This document shows positions 28,236 to 38,610 of a stretch of DNA of 64,000 bases, piece by piece. Each line of letters opens with the position of its first letter. The stretch's first letter is position 1. The notes beneath the pieces were generated by a model that worked only from the letters and a program-made list of their open reading frames with translations, did not search any database and was not told the DNA's origin. The translations under genes were made by a program, and so were the position numbers. Source of the DNA: Raillietiella orientalis (Eukaryota); the NCBI GenBank assembly GCA_036172245.1, contig JAYWIR010000014.1:2976001-3040000 (forward strand), given 5' to 3'.

Positions 28236-29717
28236 ACAGAGAGTTCGGGAATTTTGAATCTTCAAACGTAAAGGTTTTCCGTCGAAACGATCCATCTCTT
28301 GAGCTCCAGCCACGGGCGGAAAACCCTTGGAAGAGGAAAACTGCTGCTCCATACGGAAAGATGCTTCCACATGGAAAGAAAGAATTCTAGTAAGCGCTAG
28401 TGCATGAAAGCTAGATGAGGCTTGTAAGCTCAAGAATCCAGCTTCCGTCAAAGTTTACCTTCTAAGCGCTATGCTTTCCGATTCATAAAGTTTGTTCGGT
28501 AACGATTTGGAAGGTAGCATAGGAAAATTAACTGCTGGAAAGGGCGACTACTGAAGAGAATCCCGAACTCATCCCACTTGCCGAGAGCCTTGCTGGAGCC
28601 TTACAGTCCTCAGATTGCGTGTGATCCGAGTAGGACATCTACGGACATCCGGCATTCGGCAGACGCATACATCGAAGATTTGCACAGTAATACAAAGCGC
28701 CGGCCATGGATCTTTCAGTAATAGATAATGGGAAGAGAAAAAAAAAGTTTCAGCTGCCATAGAACGTAAGTTTAGGAGGATCAACTTCCTGCAAGCCGAA
28801 GAATAAATTATTTTCACACATGCATTTCAAAATGGTTTTCCTAAATTCATATTCTACGAATGTATTCGGACCCAAATCCGTTTCAGATCCAAGATCATAA
28901 CTGGTAATCGATGAAGTAGTCTATAATCTTTGATCTTCACATCTGTAGAGGTAAGGATGTTTACAAGTTTACAGTGTAGCTTTCCGAATAAACAAGGCAC
29001 AGAAGTTATAGGAGATTGATGGTCAAAAAATATAGGTACACGAAAATAGGTGCCAACAAACAAAAGAATGAGATAGAGACTAGGGAAACAAAAGCTGTAA
29101 CGATGGTCTCCGTGTGAACGCGACTCGATCACAACAAAAAATGAAGAGGCCTTCCTTTGCGACGTGGATGTCAAATACTACGCACAACGCCTTGGAACTG
29201 AAGCGGAGGAATGCAGAATTCCACGTGCATTTCGAAAATCTGACATCCTTAATCCGTGAGAGAAGTTCCTACACATCTAAAACACGGCAGAGGAAACGAT
29301 GCATCGATGGAAGCTAGCGGATTCCCAACTATCCAATACTCGACTCCAGTGGGTATGCAACAGCAACAACACTAAGGGAACAAGAAATCCGTCAGGAAAC
29401 GGACACCAAACGACTGCGCGACATTCCAGAGTACATCCGGTGTCAATTTCACGTGACGATGTGTTCGTAACATTCCTCATGGAGGCGATCTGAAGACTGT
29501 TTTGAATTGCCGGACAGCAGACAAATCGTCGGCTGTGGCTGATCTAAGGACCCGTCACTCAGAAAGGCCACACTTTTCTTCATGAGAGAGCCACGAAGAG
29601 GAGGAGGATAAGAAGCAGCTTCGAATGGAAAATGATGTGAAAGTACGCTAAAAAGTGTAAGTCTGAACTTTCAGACCACTCCTTCAGGCCAAGTAGCACG
29701 GAACCTATGGGGCAGCA

Positions 29718-29952
29718 TTGATTCCTGGAAGGATCCGAAGGTCGATTCCCATTGTTCCGGCCTTCAACAGGTGGTCTCCGGTTCGAACCGCTACCGGTGC
29801 CGCACCCGAATGTTTGTAGGCCAACCAGCGCCATCTTGCAGGATAAACTCGGAACCAACGACGCAGTGGCGTCAGTATCTGCCGGAGTATTCGAACCTGC
29901 GACGCATGGTGCCACGCACGGAAGCCTTGACCACAAAGCCCCCGACGCAGGC
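29718..29952 (-). mobile_element. tRNA-derived SINE-like repeat, copy 1
   Basis: Minus strand has A-box-like GGCTTTGTGGTCA followed by B-box-like GGTTCGAATAC (29887-29897). It is a diverged direct repeat of 30896-31137. Confidence 0.5.
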
Positions 29953-29974
29953 TTCGGAAGCGTCCCTTCGGGGT

Positions 29975-30783
29975 TCTCTTCAGAGGAGTGAACGGGAGCG
30001 GTTCCCTTGCGGGTTCCTTTCGGAGAAGACGAAATGAAGAGGACCACCACCCCTCCCGGGGATGCCCCTCCAGAGAGAATGAGGAAGATTCCCTTCTGGG
30101 TTCCCCTTCGGAGACAACCGGGGTGGGAGGTGCGATCCCCCCCTCCCGGGAGGATCCCTCCCCAAGCGTGAGAGGAACGGACCCCGAGCCCTTCCTGGAT
30201 TCATAGGGCGGATCCCCGCTTCCGGAGTGCTCCCTATCTTGAAGAATTACACGCATTCTCCGCGGGTGGCGTGGCACAGAGTTAAGGAGCCACGTGCGCC
30301 GCAAGGCATGAGACTGGCTCTTGAGGTACTCAGCGAACCAAAAAAAAGAAAACCCGAAAAAAAAAAAGCTGGAAGCAAAAGACAGCGAAGACTGAAGAAA
30401 GAAATACCCAAGGATTTCCATCATCACTGACGATGGAAATCCTTTTCTGTCTTCGCTGTTATTCCTTTCAGCTTTTTTTTTGTTTTGAGTTCTCTGAGTA
30501 CTTCAAGAAGAGCGGCCCATGCAGCTCTTTGAGACTGTTCCCCACCCCACTCTCGGGTACGTGTTTATTCTTCAAGATACCTGGAGGGGACCGCCTCTCA
30601 CGCCTGGGGAGGGACCCCCGAAGGAAACCTCCCAACCCTGGTTGTCTCTGAAGGGAACCTGGAAGAGAATCCTTCTTCTTTACTCTCTCCGGAGGGAACC
30701 CGAAGCGGTCCGCTCCATGTTTTCTTCTCCGAAGGGAACCGGCAAAGGACGCTTCGGAAATTTGAAGGGCGCTCCCTGAAGAA
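29975..30783. repeat. Long imperfect palindrome (foldback-like) centred at 30427, with ~40-bp subrepeats in the outer arms
   Basis: Centre is AAGGATTTCCATCATCA-C-TGACGATGGAAATCCTT. Arms align as reverse complements, e.g. TATCTTGAAGAAT / ATTCTTCAAGATA, CCCTCCCCAAGCGTGAGAGG / CCTCTCACGCCTGGGGAGGG, TTCGGAGAAGA / TCTTCTCCGAA. Confidence 0.92.
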
Positions 30784-30895
30784 AGCGGCAAACTTCTCTG
30801 GAACTCTAGAGATGTGACGACACACCTACTCCACGGAGGGTCCCCCCCAAAGGGGAGTTCGCTCCTATGCACAATCGGAGGGGAACTCCCAGTCC

Positions 30896-31137
30896 TTGAT
30901 TCCTGGAAGGCACCCGGAGGTCGACTTCCATTATTTGGGACCTCTTCGGGGGCATACAGTTTGAAACACTACTGGGCACCGCCCTCGGATGTAGGCCGAG
31001 CAGCGTTATCTCGCGGGTCTCCGAGTCGAACCCATGACGCGCACAAACCCTTTGCGTCGCCTCTTGCAGAGTATTCGAACCTGCAACGCCAGATGCCACA
31101 CGCGGAGACCGTAACCACATAGCCTCCGACGCGGGCG
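30896..31137 (-). mobile_element. tRNA-derived SINE-like repeat, copy 2 (head resembles tRNA-His)
   Basis: Minus strand reads GGCTATGTGGTTACGGTCTCCGCGTGTGGCATCTGGCGTTGCAGGTTCGAATAC (B box at 31071-31081). It shares TTGATTCCTGGAAGG, GAGTATTCGAACCTGC and CCGACGC with copy 1. Confidence 0.5.
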
Positions 31138-33849
31138 TGGGGATGGGGGAACGGGATTACGAAATGCATCCCAGCACGAAAACCTCGTTCGTCACAGAAT
31201 GCTGTGAGCAAACCGCACTTCGTTGCAGCTCATCCACTACGGGTGCGTGCAGAAAGCAAAGGGCACACAATACAGCAGACATACAAATCCGCACACAAAT
31301 GTGACGTCAACCTCGCAAAAAGTAGCATTCCCCGTAACCTTTTATTAGACGTTGAGCGTCCCTTACCCCCCCCTCCCCCCCCATCGGGAGAAAGAAGTGA
31401 AACTGAATAAGTGGGAATTGGCATTTTGCGCAGAATACTACGAAAATACCAAGATGAAGAAAAAAAACGTACGCAGATTCAAGAACGTATCTATCCATAT
31501 GCGATCCCCACCTTCCGTCGTGGCAGCAACGTACTTTCTTGTCTAGAACATAACATTCGCAGAATGTTGCGGATGAAAGTATACCCCAGGCGCGGATCAC
31601 GCAGCACCAGTTTCCGTCAACGCTGCTACTGCGTGCCCCTTGGCCGGTTTCGAGTGGTGGGCAGAGATGACTGAGGCCACCGGCAACGTAACATGAAGGC
31701 ATTCAACGAATAGAAGAAGCCACGAATCGCAAGGACGGAGGAAGAAAACTCGAAAGACTTCGTGCGTTGACACATAGGAGTGCCACCGGCACAGGGAGGT
31801 GGTCAGCGGCGCACGTGCAAATGACAAACATTAGCACTAAAGACCGCAGCACTAAAGATGCAGCTGCAATTTCAACAGCCTTCACTCTCAACACTGTGCG
31901 CTTCTTGAAACATTCAGTGCACGAAACAAGTTGGATTGATGTGGATCCCATACTCACCGCACTAGAAAACGCCTCAAGCCTGCTAATCAGCAAATCAAAA
32001 ACTGCTCTGTTGAGCCAGATTTTCCGGATGAGAAAGCTGTCGTTCGCAAACTCTAGATGCAATGCAACTTCATTCAGATAGGGGATGCTGTGCTTTTCCG
32101 ACAGAAAGATGGCGTTGTCTGCGTATTTCACTTCATAGTAAACGTCGGTTAGGACGGACTCCAGAGAGAAGATAGAGATTCCTCCCTGCATCTTTATGTG
32201 AAACTCGAGGAGTGGTGGTTCACGAGGCTGGTCAAAGATTGACAATGAACAATGAAGAGCACGGTGGTTCCTTTCTTACATGAGGTGAGGAAAAAATAAA
32301 TTGCTTTCTGTAAAACGAAGGCTCGGCGAAGGACCACTGCCCGCTAACCTGGACGTTGTATGTGCCTCCAGTTGCCTCACACTGCTCCCAACTAACTCCA
32401 TCGAGAAAGTGAAACACTTCTAAAACGCAACATCATCATGACGCATATCAAAAGTTAATGGTTGACCGGAAAGCTTAACCCCTTTCCTCATCTTCAGCAT
32501 CACGCATCTTTCGGCTTTCTACGATTTTATACCGACTTTCAGATACCTTCAATCTTCACAACAGCACGCTTCAAAACAGCTTTGACAGAGATGAAAGTAT
32601 TTTACCGAAATGCTGGTCAGGTTTAATCTTTCCCGATACGAAGGAACCACCATCTTTGCACCGGTTGTATTCGACGAAGAGGAAAGAGTCTCAGTGGACA
32701 GCTGCTCGTTCAGAGCGTTTCGACAATAACAGTCAGCGTACCCCGACTAAGCAAAGTCCCTCGATTATTGAAATCTAAAGGTCAGCCCGAGTGGTCACTT
32801 AGTGACACGTCAATATGAGATTCAGAATGCCACTGCTTCTTGACCAATGGACGGTATGGATGCAAGTCGACCTACACGAGGGGCACAGCCGTATAAAGCG
32901 ACATTCTGGCGTAAGAAATGCAGAAGGGAACGCTTTTGAGAATTTCCACGCCAGCGCCTGCGGGTGCTGAAATTGTCTTCGAGGGAAGAATCGGAGGACA
33001 GGAAACACGGATTTTTTTTTTTTTTTTTCATTCACGAATCACGAATTTCATTTTCAATTGAAGAGACTGACCCACCATCGCTCGTTTATTGCACAGAATC
33101 GCTCTTCGCGGAAAATTCGAAATTTACTCGGTTTTTACGACTCTCAGAAAAAACCTTCCACCTAGAGGGCAATTCTACAGGGAGCGAAGGATGATTTCCT
33201 CTCCAGCAGCTTGGAAGCGGGATCCGCATCCTTTGTTTCGGCCCGAGTCAAGAAAAAAAAAATCCACTTATCCACATGCACGCACTTGCACTCCGTTGAC
33301 AGTCACCTCTTCCCCGAACAATTCACGGTTCCCGAAAGTCTGCACACATGGATGGCGATGAAAACTTTTTGGAGAAATCGAAATGTTCCGTTCGCCTTTC
33401 GTCAAGAGCTACTTGACTTCATGGTAAGAACGGTAAATGTTGAGGCATCCTCGCGACTTCGATCATGGACGCTTGAGATACAACTATTCTCTGGGTCCAA
33501 GAGAAGCTCGGATACCATCTCCGCATTTGGCTATCTGAACTGAAGGAGCAGCGCAAGTTAACGTATCCAAGAAGTGAACCATGAAATCAAGTAGGAACTG
33601 ACGCATTGGTCCAAGCACGCTGATGGTCATAATCATCTGGATGGGAAATTCTTACGCACAAGTTCAGCAAAACAAAGGCAAGAGCACCGAACCCGACCAA
33701 AGAGATCGATTCAGTACTTTCTCGTCGTTGGAATTATCCTATTTTCGCCGCCTGCTGAAAAGACAAAAACGGGGGAATCAAGAAACTCGCACTCTTCAAC
33801 AGCGCTTCCAGGGAACGATGGATCACTGGAATACACACTCCGGAATCAC

Positions 33850-35750
33850 TGTCAGCTGATCTTTCTCACAAGCCATCGTGCAACTCGGATCAAAACATCT
33901 GGGACTTGTACCCGGGAGTCACCAACAGAGGAAGAAAAAAAAAAAATCGCTGGAGCATTGCCTACGATAGCTGGAGCCGGAATTGAGGATGGGTTTCGAA
34001 CACGCACGGCAAAGCTGTAAGCATCGCAAAGACGTGGGAAGGATTTGTAGAGGATTCCAGAAGGGCCAATAAATGAATTGTCCTGGCAACTGTTGCGCGA
34101 GGGAAGACGGAACGCGCCAGTCCAGCATCTGGTGAAAGGAAGTACACAGAGCAATCTACCGAATAAGGAACATGCTGCGGGAGAAATTGCAGAACTGCTG
34201 ACATCGTTTAGAAATCTCCAGTTCACCTCCAAGAAGTGAGGCGGTTGCTGGACGCATTCTGGAAAACCCCACGCCACCATTCATGGGTTGGATGTGGGTG
34301 AGAAGCACATTCTAAAAGTCAGAACGCGCCAAGTTGGGAGAGAGGTGCACACAAGGGAAAGCTCGCTTGGAAACAGGAAAGCAGACTCGCACCGATCTTG
34401 CCTACCATCTGGATCTATTCGAAGTAGTCGAATAAGGGTGGGGTGCGCAAAACACCAGCATCAATGTAGCGCGTAAGTGGCGAGATGCTCAGATAATGAA
34501 TGTTTCGAGACGAACGTCGTAACAACGCACGGATGTTTCTTTCATGTGTCCTTGATCGAGGTGGTCCAATGAACACGATGCTGCTGCCAAGACGGAGTTG
34601 GAATAAAAAAAAAAAAAAAAAAACGATGCTGAAGAAGTAAACGGGAATGAAAAAATGGAAAGTACCCTTTGAACTACCAGGAGAAGTAACGATGTACGGG
34701 AGCGGACGCCTGAGATGGACTGTGAATACGGGACAGGATGTAAAAAAAGAACTGTTTATGAAGAACACCCATCAAACGGTGTCCATTGAATGTTGAAAGA
34801 CAAGTGAACTGTGGCAGAAAGGAGCAAACTGTGAGGCATTTCCAGTGTGAATACGTAACGCTGCATGTTCACAGTTGATAGAAAATATCCCTAGCAATGG
34901 CCTTTATGAGGACCCTCATAAAGGCCATTGCCAACAAGAAACAACAAGAAAATCAAGCATCCGGAAGAAAGATATTGCAAGATACAGAGGTGAGCAAAGA
35001 AAAATTGCAGAATCCATCCAAACAAACGGTCTTGAAACGGGTGGCACCAGTGACCGTGAAATGAAGTGTTCAACTTAGGTACAACCAGCCTCCACCGCTT
35101 CCATCCGACTCAGAACCATCTGAATATTGAAGATGAAAAGGATGACTGTCCAGTGCAGCTACCAACTGACAGAACCCAAGGTCCCATGTATACGCCTTAC
35201 TCAAGCAACACAAAAACACGAAAACCATGCATAGGAAGGAGGAGACAGTTGGACATATTTTTCCATACTGGAAAGATGGCGTGCTTTTCAAAGAGCCCGC
35301 CTTCTGTTACCGGAGACTGAGTCGTAAGAAAACGCTTCGCGGTCTCCAGAGAGACGGGTTTCCCTGTTGCAAGAAGCAAGAACGCCGATCAAGGGAAAGG
35401 GAAAGTCGGGTTTGAAAAGAAGTTCCGTTGACCTGACCAAGTGAAAACAGTAGGCAGAAGACACTAGGATTCAAGTATTCGAACACCGGTGCGAGCACGC
35501 AACAAGTGATACTGCCCGAGGTACGGAAAAGTTTCGATGACAACATGGCCTCATATCCGTCAAAGACGGAGTCCTGCCTCTTGGCGCCACGACAGAGGGA
35601 GGTCACGAGTCATCCGCGGACACAAGACTCTAACAAGTCTCTCGCGAAGCCTTGATGCTTCAGATGGAAGGAGAACTCCAGGCAACAGAATCCATAGGCA
35701 TTCGCATATGGAAGAAATCTTCAAATCGGGCTTATGTCGACTGTCGCAAG
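33850..35750 (+). mobile_element. Decayed R2-like (RLE) non-LTR retrotransposon
   Basis: Ordered fragments across frames: KHLGL (KYLG), LPTIWIYSK*SNKGG (LY..GGLG), KPC/EETVGHIF (CCHC finger), GLKRSSVDL..IQVFE (PD..D..E) and VLPLGA (PLGARG). Confidence 0.5.
34894..34931. repeat. Perfect 18-bp inverted repeat with 2-nt spacer
   Basis: GCAATGGCCTTTATGAGG-AC-CCTCATAAAGGCCATTGC. Confidence 0.97.
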
Positions 35751-37819
35751 TCAAAGCGAACAAAGCGTTTCGAAGAGCGAAAAACGGGTTTGGCAAGAGT
35801 CATTGATAATCATTGAAAAACTAAAAAACCAAAAAAAAAAAACAGAAGGGTTTGAAATGTCACTAAACTTACGATGCAGCGTGAAATGAGTCTGCTTCGA
35901 AACTGGAGATCTTGCGAGGATGTCAATTTCTCCAAGACTTCCCTTCGGGCATCCTGAAAAAGAAGGGTCATGGGGATTTTCCAGGACATGTACGTAACCA
36001 GTCATGTGCCAAATATATATATATATATATATATTTTCTTTTCTTTTCGGCATTTCCCTTTCACAAGGAGAATGCTGATACCTTAACGTGAAGATGGAAA
36101 ACATTCTCAGCGTCTCCTTGAAAGATTTCATGTAAGGAGGCAATTCAAGATCGAAAAGAGTATTTCAGGGTACTGTACTTTGAGAAAGGCAATGTGCAGA
36201 GCCTTATTACGTATTCAGCGGCATCTTTTAAAGGGCAGAATGAGCTCTCGTCATTAAGGCGACCACGATTTTGCATGCACATTAAAAAATTTTGTTCCAC
36301 GGTCGCTGTCTCTGAGATCAGGCAGCAGCAACTGTGGGATGAGATGTCTTTGAGCATCTTCTTTGATGCAAACTTGGCTACTGTATCTCTCTCCCGAAGT
36401 ATTCTCTACTGTATCGGTTTTTTGTTCTCTTGATCTTTGATTTGTTCACGAAAGGAAGCTGTGCTCGATCCACTTTACTGACGGCCTCGAAAATTTGCCT
36501 CTGGACGCGAAGGTTCCTATTCAGTCTCCTATCTTCGAATCCGATCGTGTTCTCTTCTCGAATCCAAAACGACCAGTTATGCTACAGTTGAGAATGGGAT
36601 ACAATTAGTTTGCTTTTATCCTGCAAGACGTCGACGTATCATTTTGCCGTACGCATTTGATGAAAACTACGTGAAACGTTGAAGCGACTGGAACTCAGTC
36701 TGGCAAACACAGGGAGAGGAACGCACGAAGTGGATATTTCAAACTCGAGCAAGGATTGGAGTCAGACCAGAGCATCTGAAAGGCAGCAGCACGAGAGAAA
36801 AGAAACTGCAGATCCACAGAAGGGGGCAGGATGCCCCATGTGCATGAGTAGCTAGAGGGCAAAAACAAAACATGTGCATAATCAAAGAGAACTCCGTACA
36901 GAAGAAGACAGATGCAAACAATTTCGTCTGTTTTTGGTGGTTTTTGACCAATTTTGAGATTTTCCTTACCGAATGCGCTTGCTGAGATGACGTGCAAAGA
37001 TCACGTTGGCCTCAACACTACATTAGTACTGTTTTCTTTGTGCGTTCCTCTAAGCAGTGATTGCATTTCGTTGAATATCATCCGGCCGAATCTCTTAACA
37101 TTTACATTCCGTAATTGTGTAATATTCCTTTGGTCACCTGGCCACCAGAACTTCCACTTTATGGATGCTACTTATGCATACGGACGACTACAAACCATGA
37201 GCATCCGATTCAACGTCTCCCTTCTGGAATTCACTCCTTGTCGGAAACGCGCGGCATTAGCAAGAGCATCAGCGAGAGGGGAACTCGTCAGAAATTTTTA
37301 GATTTCCGATTCACCTATAAATGCCGGAATCCACTGGAGAAATAGAAACGGCCCAATTCACTTCATCATTAGAGAGCAGCGAGTGGCAAAGCATAGGGAT
37401 AGCTACGAAAATTCTGCTTTGTATGCTGACTCTACAAAACTATGGCATGCAACTATCAGTACAATGTGTCGTTTTTCAGATTTTTTGAAAACTGAGATGA
37501 AAAGTCCAATTATTTTTTTTACATCGCTACTTCGCGCAGTGGATGACGCAGAGGACCTATATCAGACATCGTCGGCGGACTGAACCCTTCTCATTTCTAG
37601 TGTCAACACAAAAGGACTTTCATTTTCATTTACATTTTGTATTTGTATGGTATTATATGTATACAATTTATTATGTGCAATTATTATTTGTATTGATCAT
37701 TTGTATACAATTTATGTGTGGATTTTAAAAGTCAGGTCATGACATCCGATTAACAGCCTTGTGCTGATCATCATCTTGTCATGGTTTGACTAGGAATATG
37801 TCTATATCTCCCCAATTGC

Positions 37820-38610
37820 ACTTTAGCATGAAGAAGACACGTTATCAGCTCTTTTCAACAAACTCAATGACGTTATCGGTGGCCCATATAATTGAAAAGA
37901 AAGAAGTACATCAAGATATTGGCAACCGATTCCGAACAGAATATCAACTTCGCATTCCTTTTCGTAACCGAACTTCGCTCTGAAACAACCATTTGCCATG
38001 AGGCATGACATGTGCCTAGTAGGGCACACGTAATAGAGGACGGAGATCATTTATTTCCACCACAAGCTTCAGTATCAAAATAAAAGATTCAATTCGATAC
38101 TTCATAAAACAGAAAATACTACAGAAAAAAAACTACGACAGAGCACTAAGGAAGATCTGTTACTCACGTTTCAAAGACAGATTACTGCTGAAATCGAAAA
38201 AGGGGCTGTTAAATTTGTGCCGCACAACTTTTTCGTCATTTGCATATTTGATAAACATCTCATAAATTCCGTTAGTACGACTGTCTGCAAACTGGATCAT
38301 ATTGACCAGAATGGAATAGAATTCATTATGTAAAGGCAAAGCCACAGTGAGTCCATCCATCTTCACCCAAAAGTGACTCCTCCACACTGCAGCCAGGATC
38401 CCATTCCTGAAAAATGAATCGTACAAGCACTGGGTCATTTCACATCTTTTACGAAGAGGAAGCCACTTTATCATTAGCAAAATAATCTGAGCTACATTCT
38501 AGATTGCTGTAAAGATTAATCCAAGCACAAATCCCTTCTAGGATCGTCCATGCACTGATGAGTGACCCTTTCGGTGAGCTACACGCGTCTGAGATCCCTG
38601 ATGGACCTCA
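37820..38610 (-). mobile_element. Decayed CR1-like LINE reverse transcriptase
   Basis: YSILVNMIQFADSRTNGIYEMFIKYANDEKV resembles CR1 SVLGPVLFNIFINDLDEGIE..L.KFADDTKL. Downstream EKECEVDI and KRADNV resemble EKDLGV and KKAN. Confidence 0.5.

Larger units (their letters stand above)
27230..32871 (-). pseudogene. Multi-exon gene or pseudogene, tentatively CFAP61-like (cilia- and flagella-associated)
   Basis: Seven consecutive frame-preserving GT-AG introns of 34, 40, 59, 60, 41, 38 and 54 nt join exons 32871-32809, 32774-32742, 32701-32606, 32546-32480, 32419-32349, 32307-32224, 32185-31958 and 31903 onward. More exons lie at 29.5-27.4 kb. Motifs RKLVLRDP, RRRIGIR..KLIP and IHLFGVYRRLLN occur in the order I recall for CFAP61. 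Apparent in-frame stops, e.g. TAA at 27541-27543. Both ends are uncertain. Confidence 0.45.

Noticed and set aside
30427..30440. CTGACGA-TG-GAAA at the palindrome centre resembles a hammerhead ribozyme core
   Set aside because: There is no stem II between the two motifs and no compatible stems I/III; the palindrome explains it.
29580..31211. Overlapping 100-240 aa ORFs on both strands
   Set aside because: By-products of GC-rich palindromic and repeat DNA, with no recognisable domains.
27500..31650. In-frame stops as evidence of a reassigned genetic code
   Set aside because: DOCK, FAM210A and KHDRBS end in TGA, TAG and TAA respectively and have no internal stops, so the standard code applies.
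33600..35800. Possible endogenous RNA-virus polymerase fragment (SG..T..NT and DD-like peptides)
   Set aside because: Motif spacing is wrong, and the fragments fit an RLE retrotransposon better and in the correct order.
36890..37160. Possible Tc1 N-terminal remnant on the minus strand
   Set aside because: Only a vague resemblance, with no catalytic motif or TIR.
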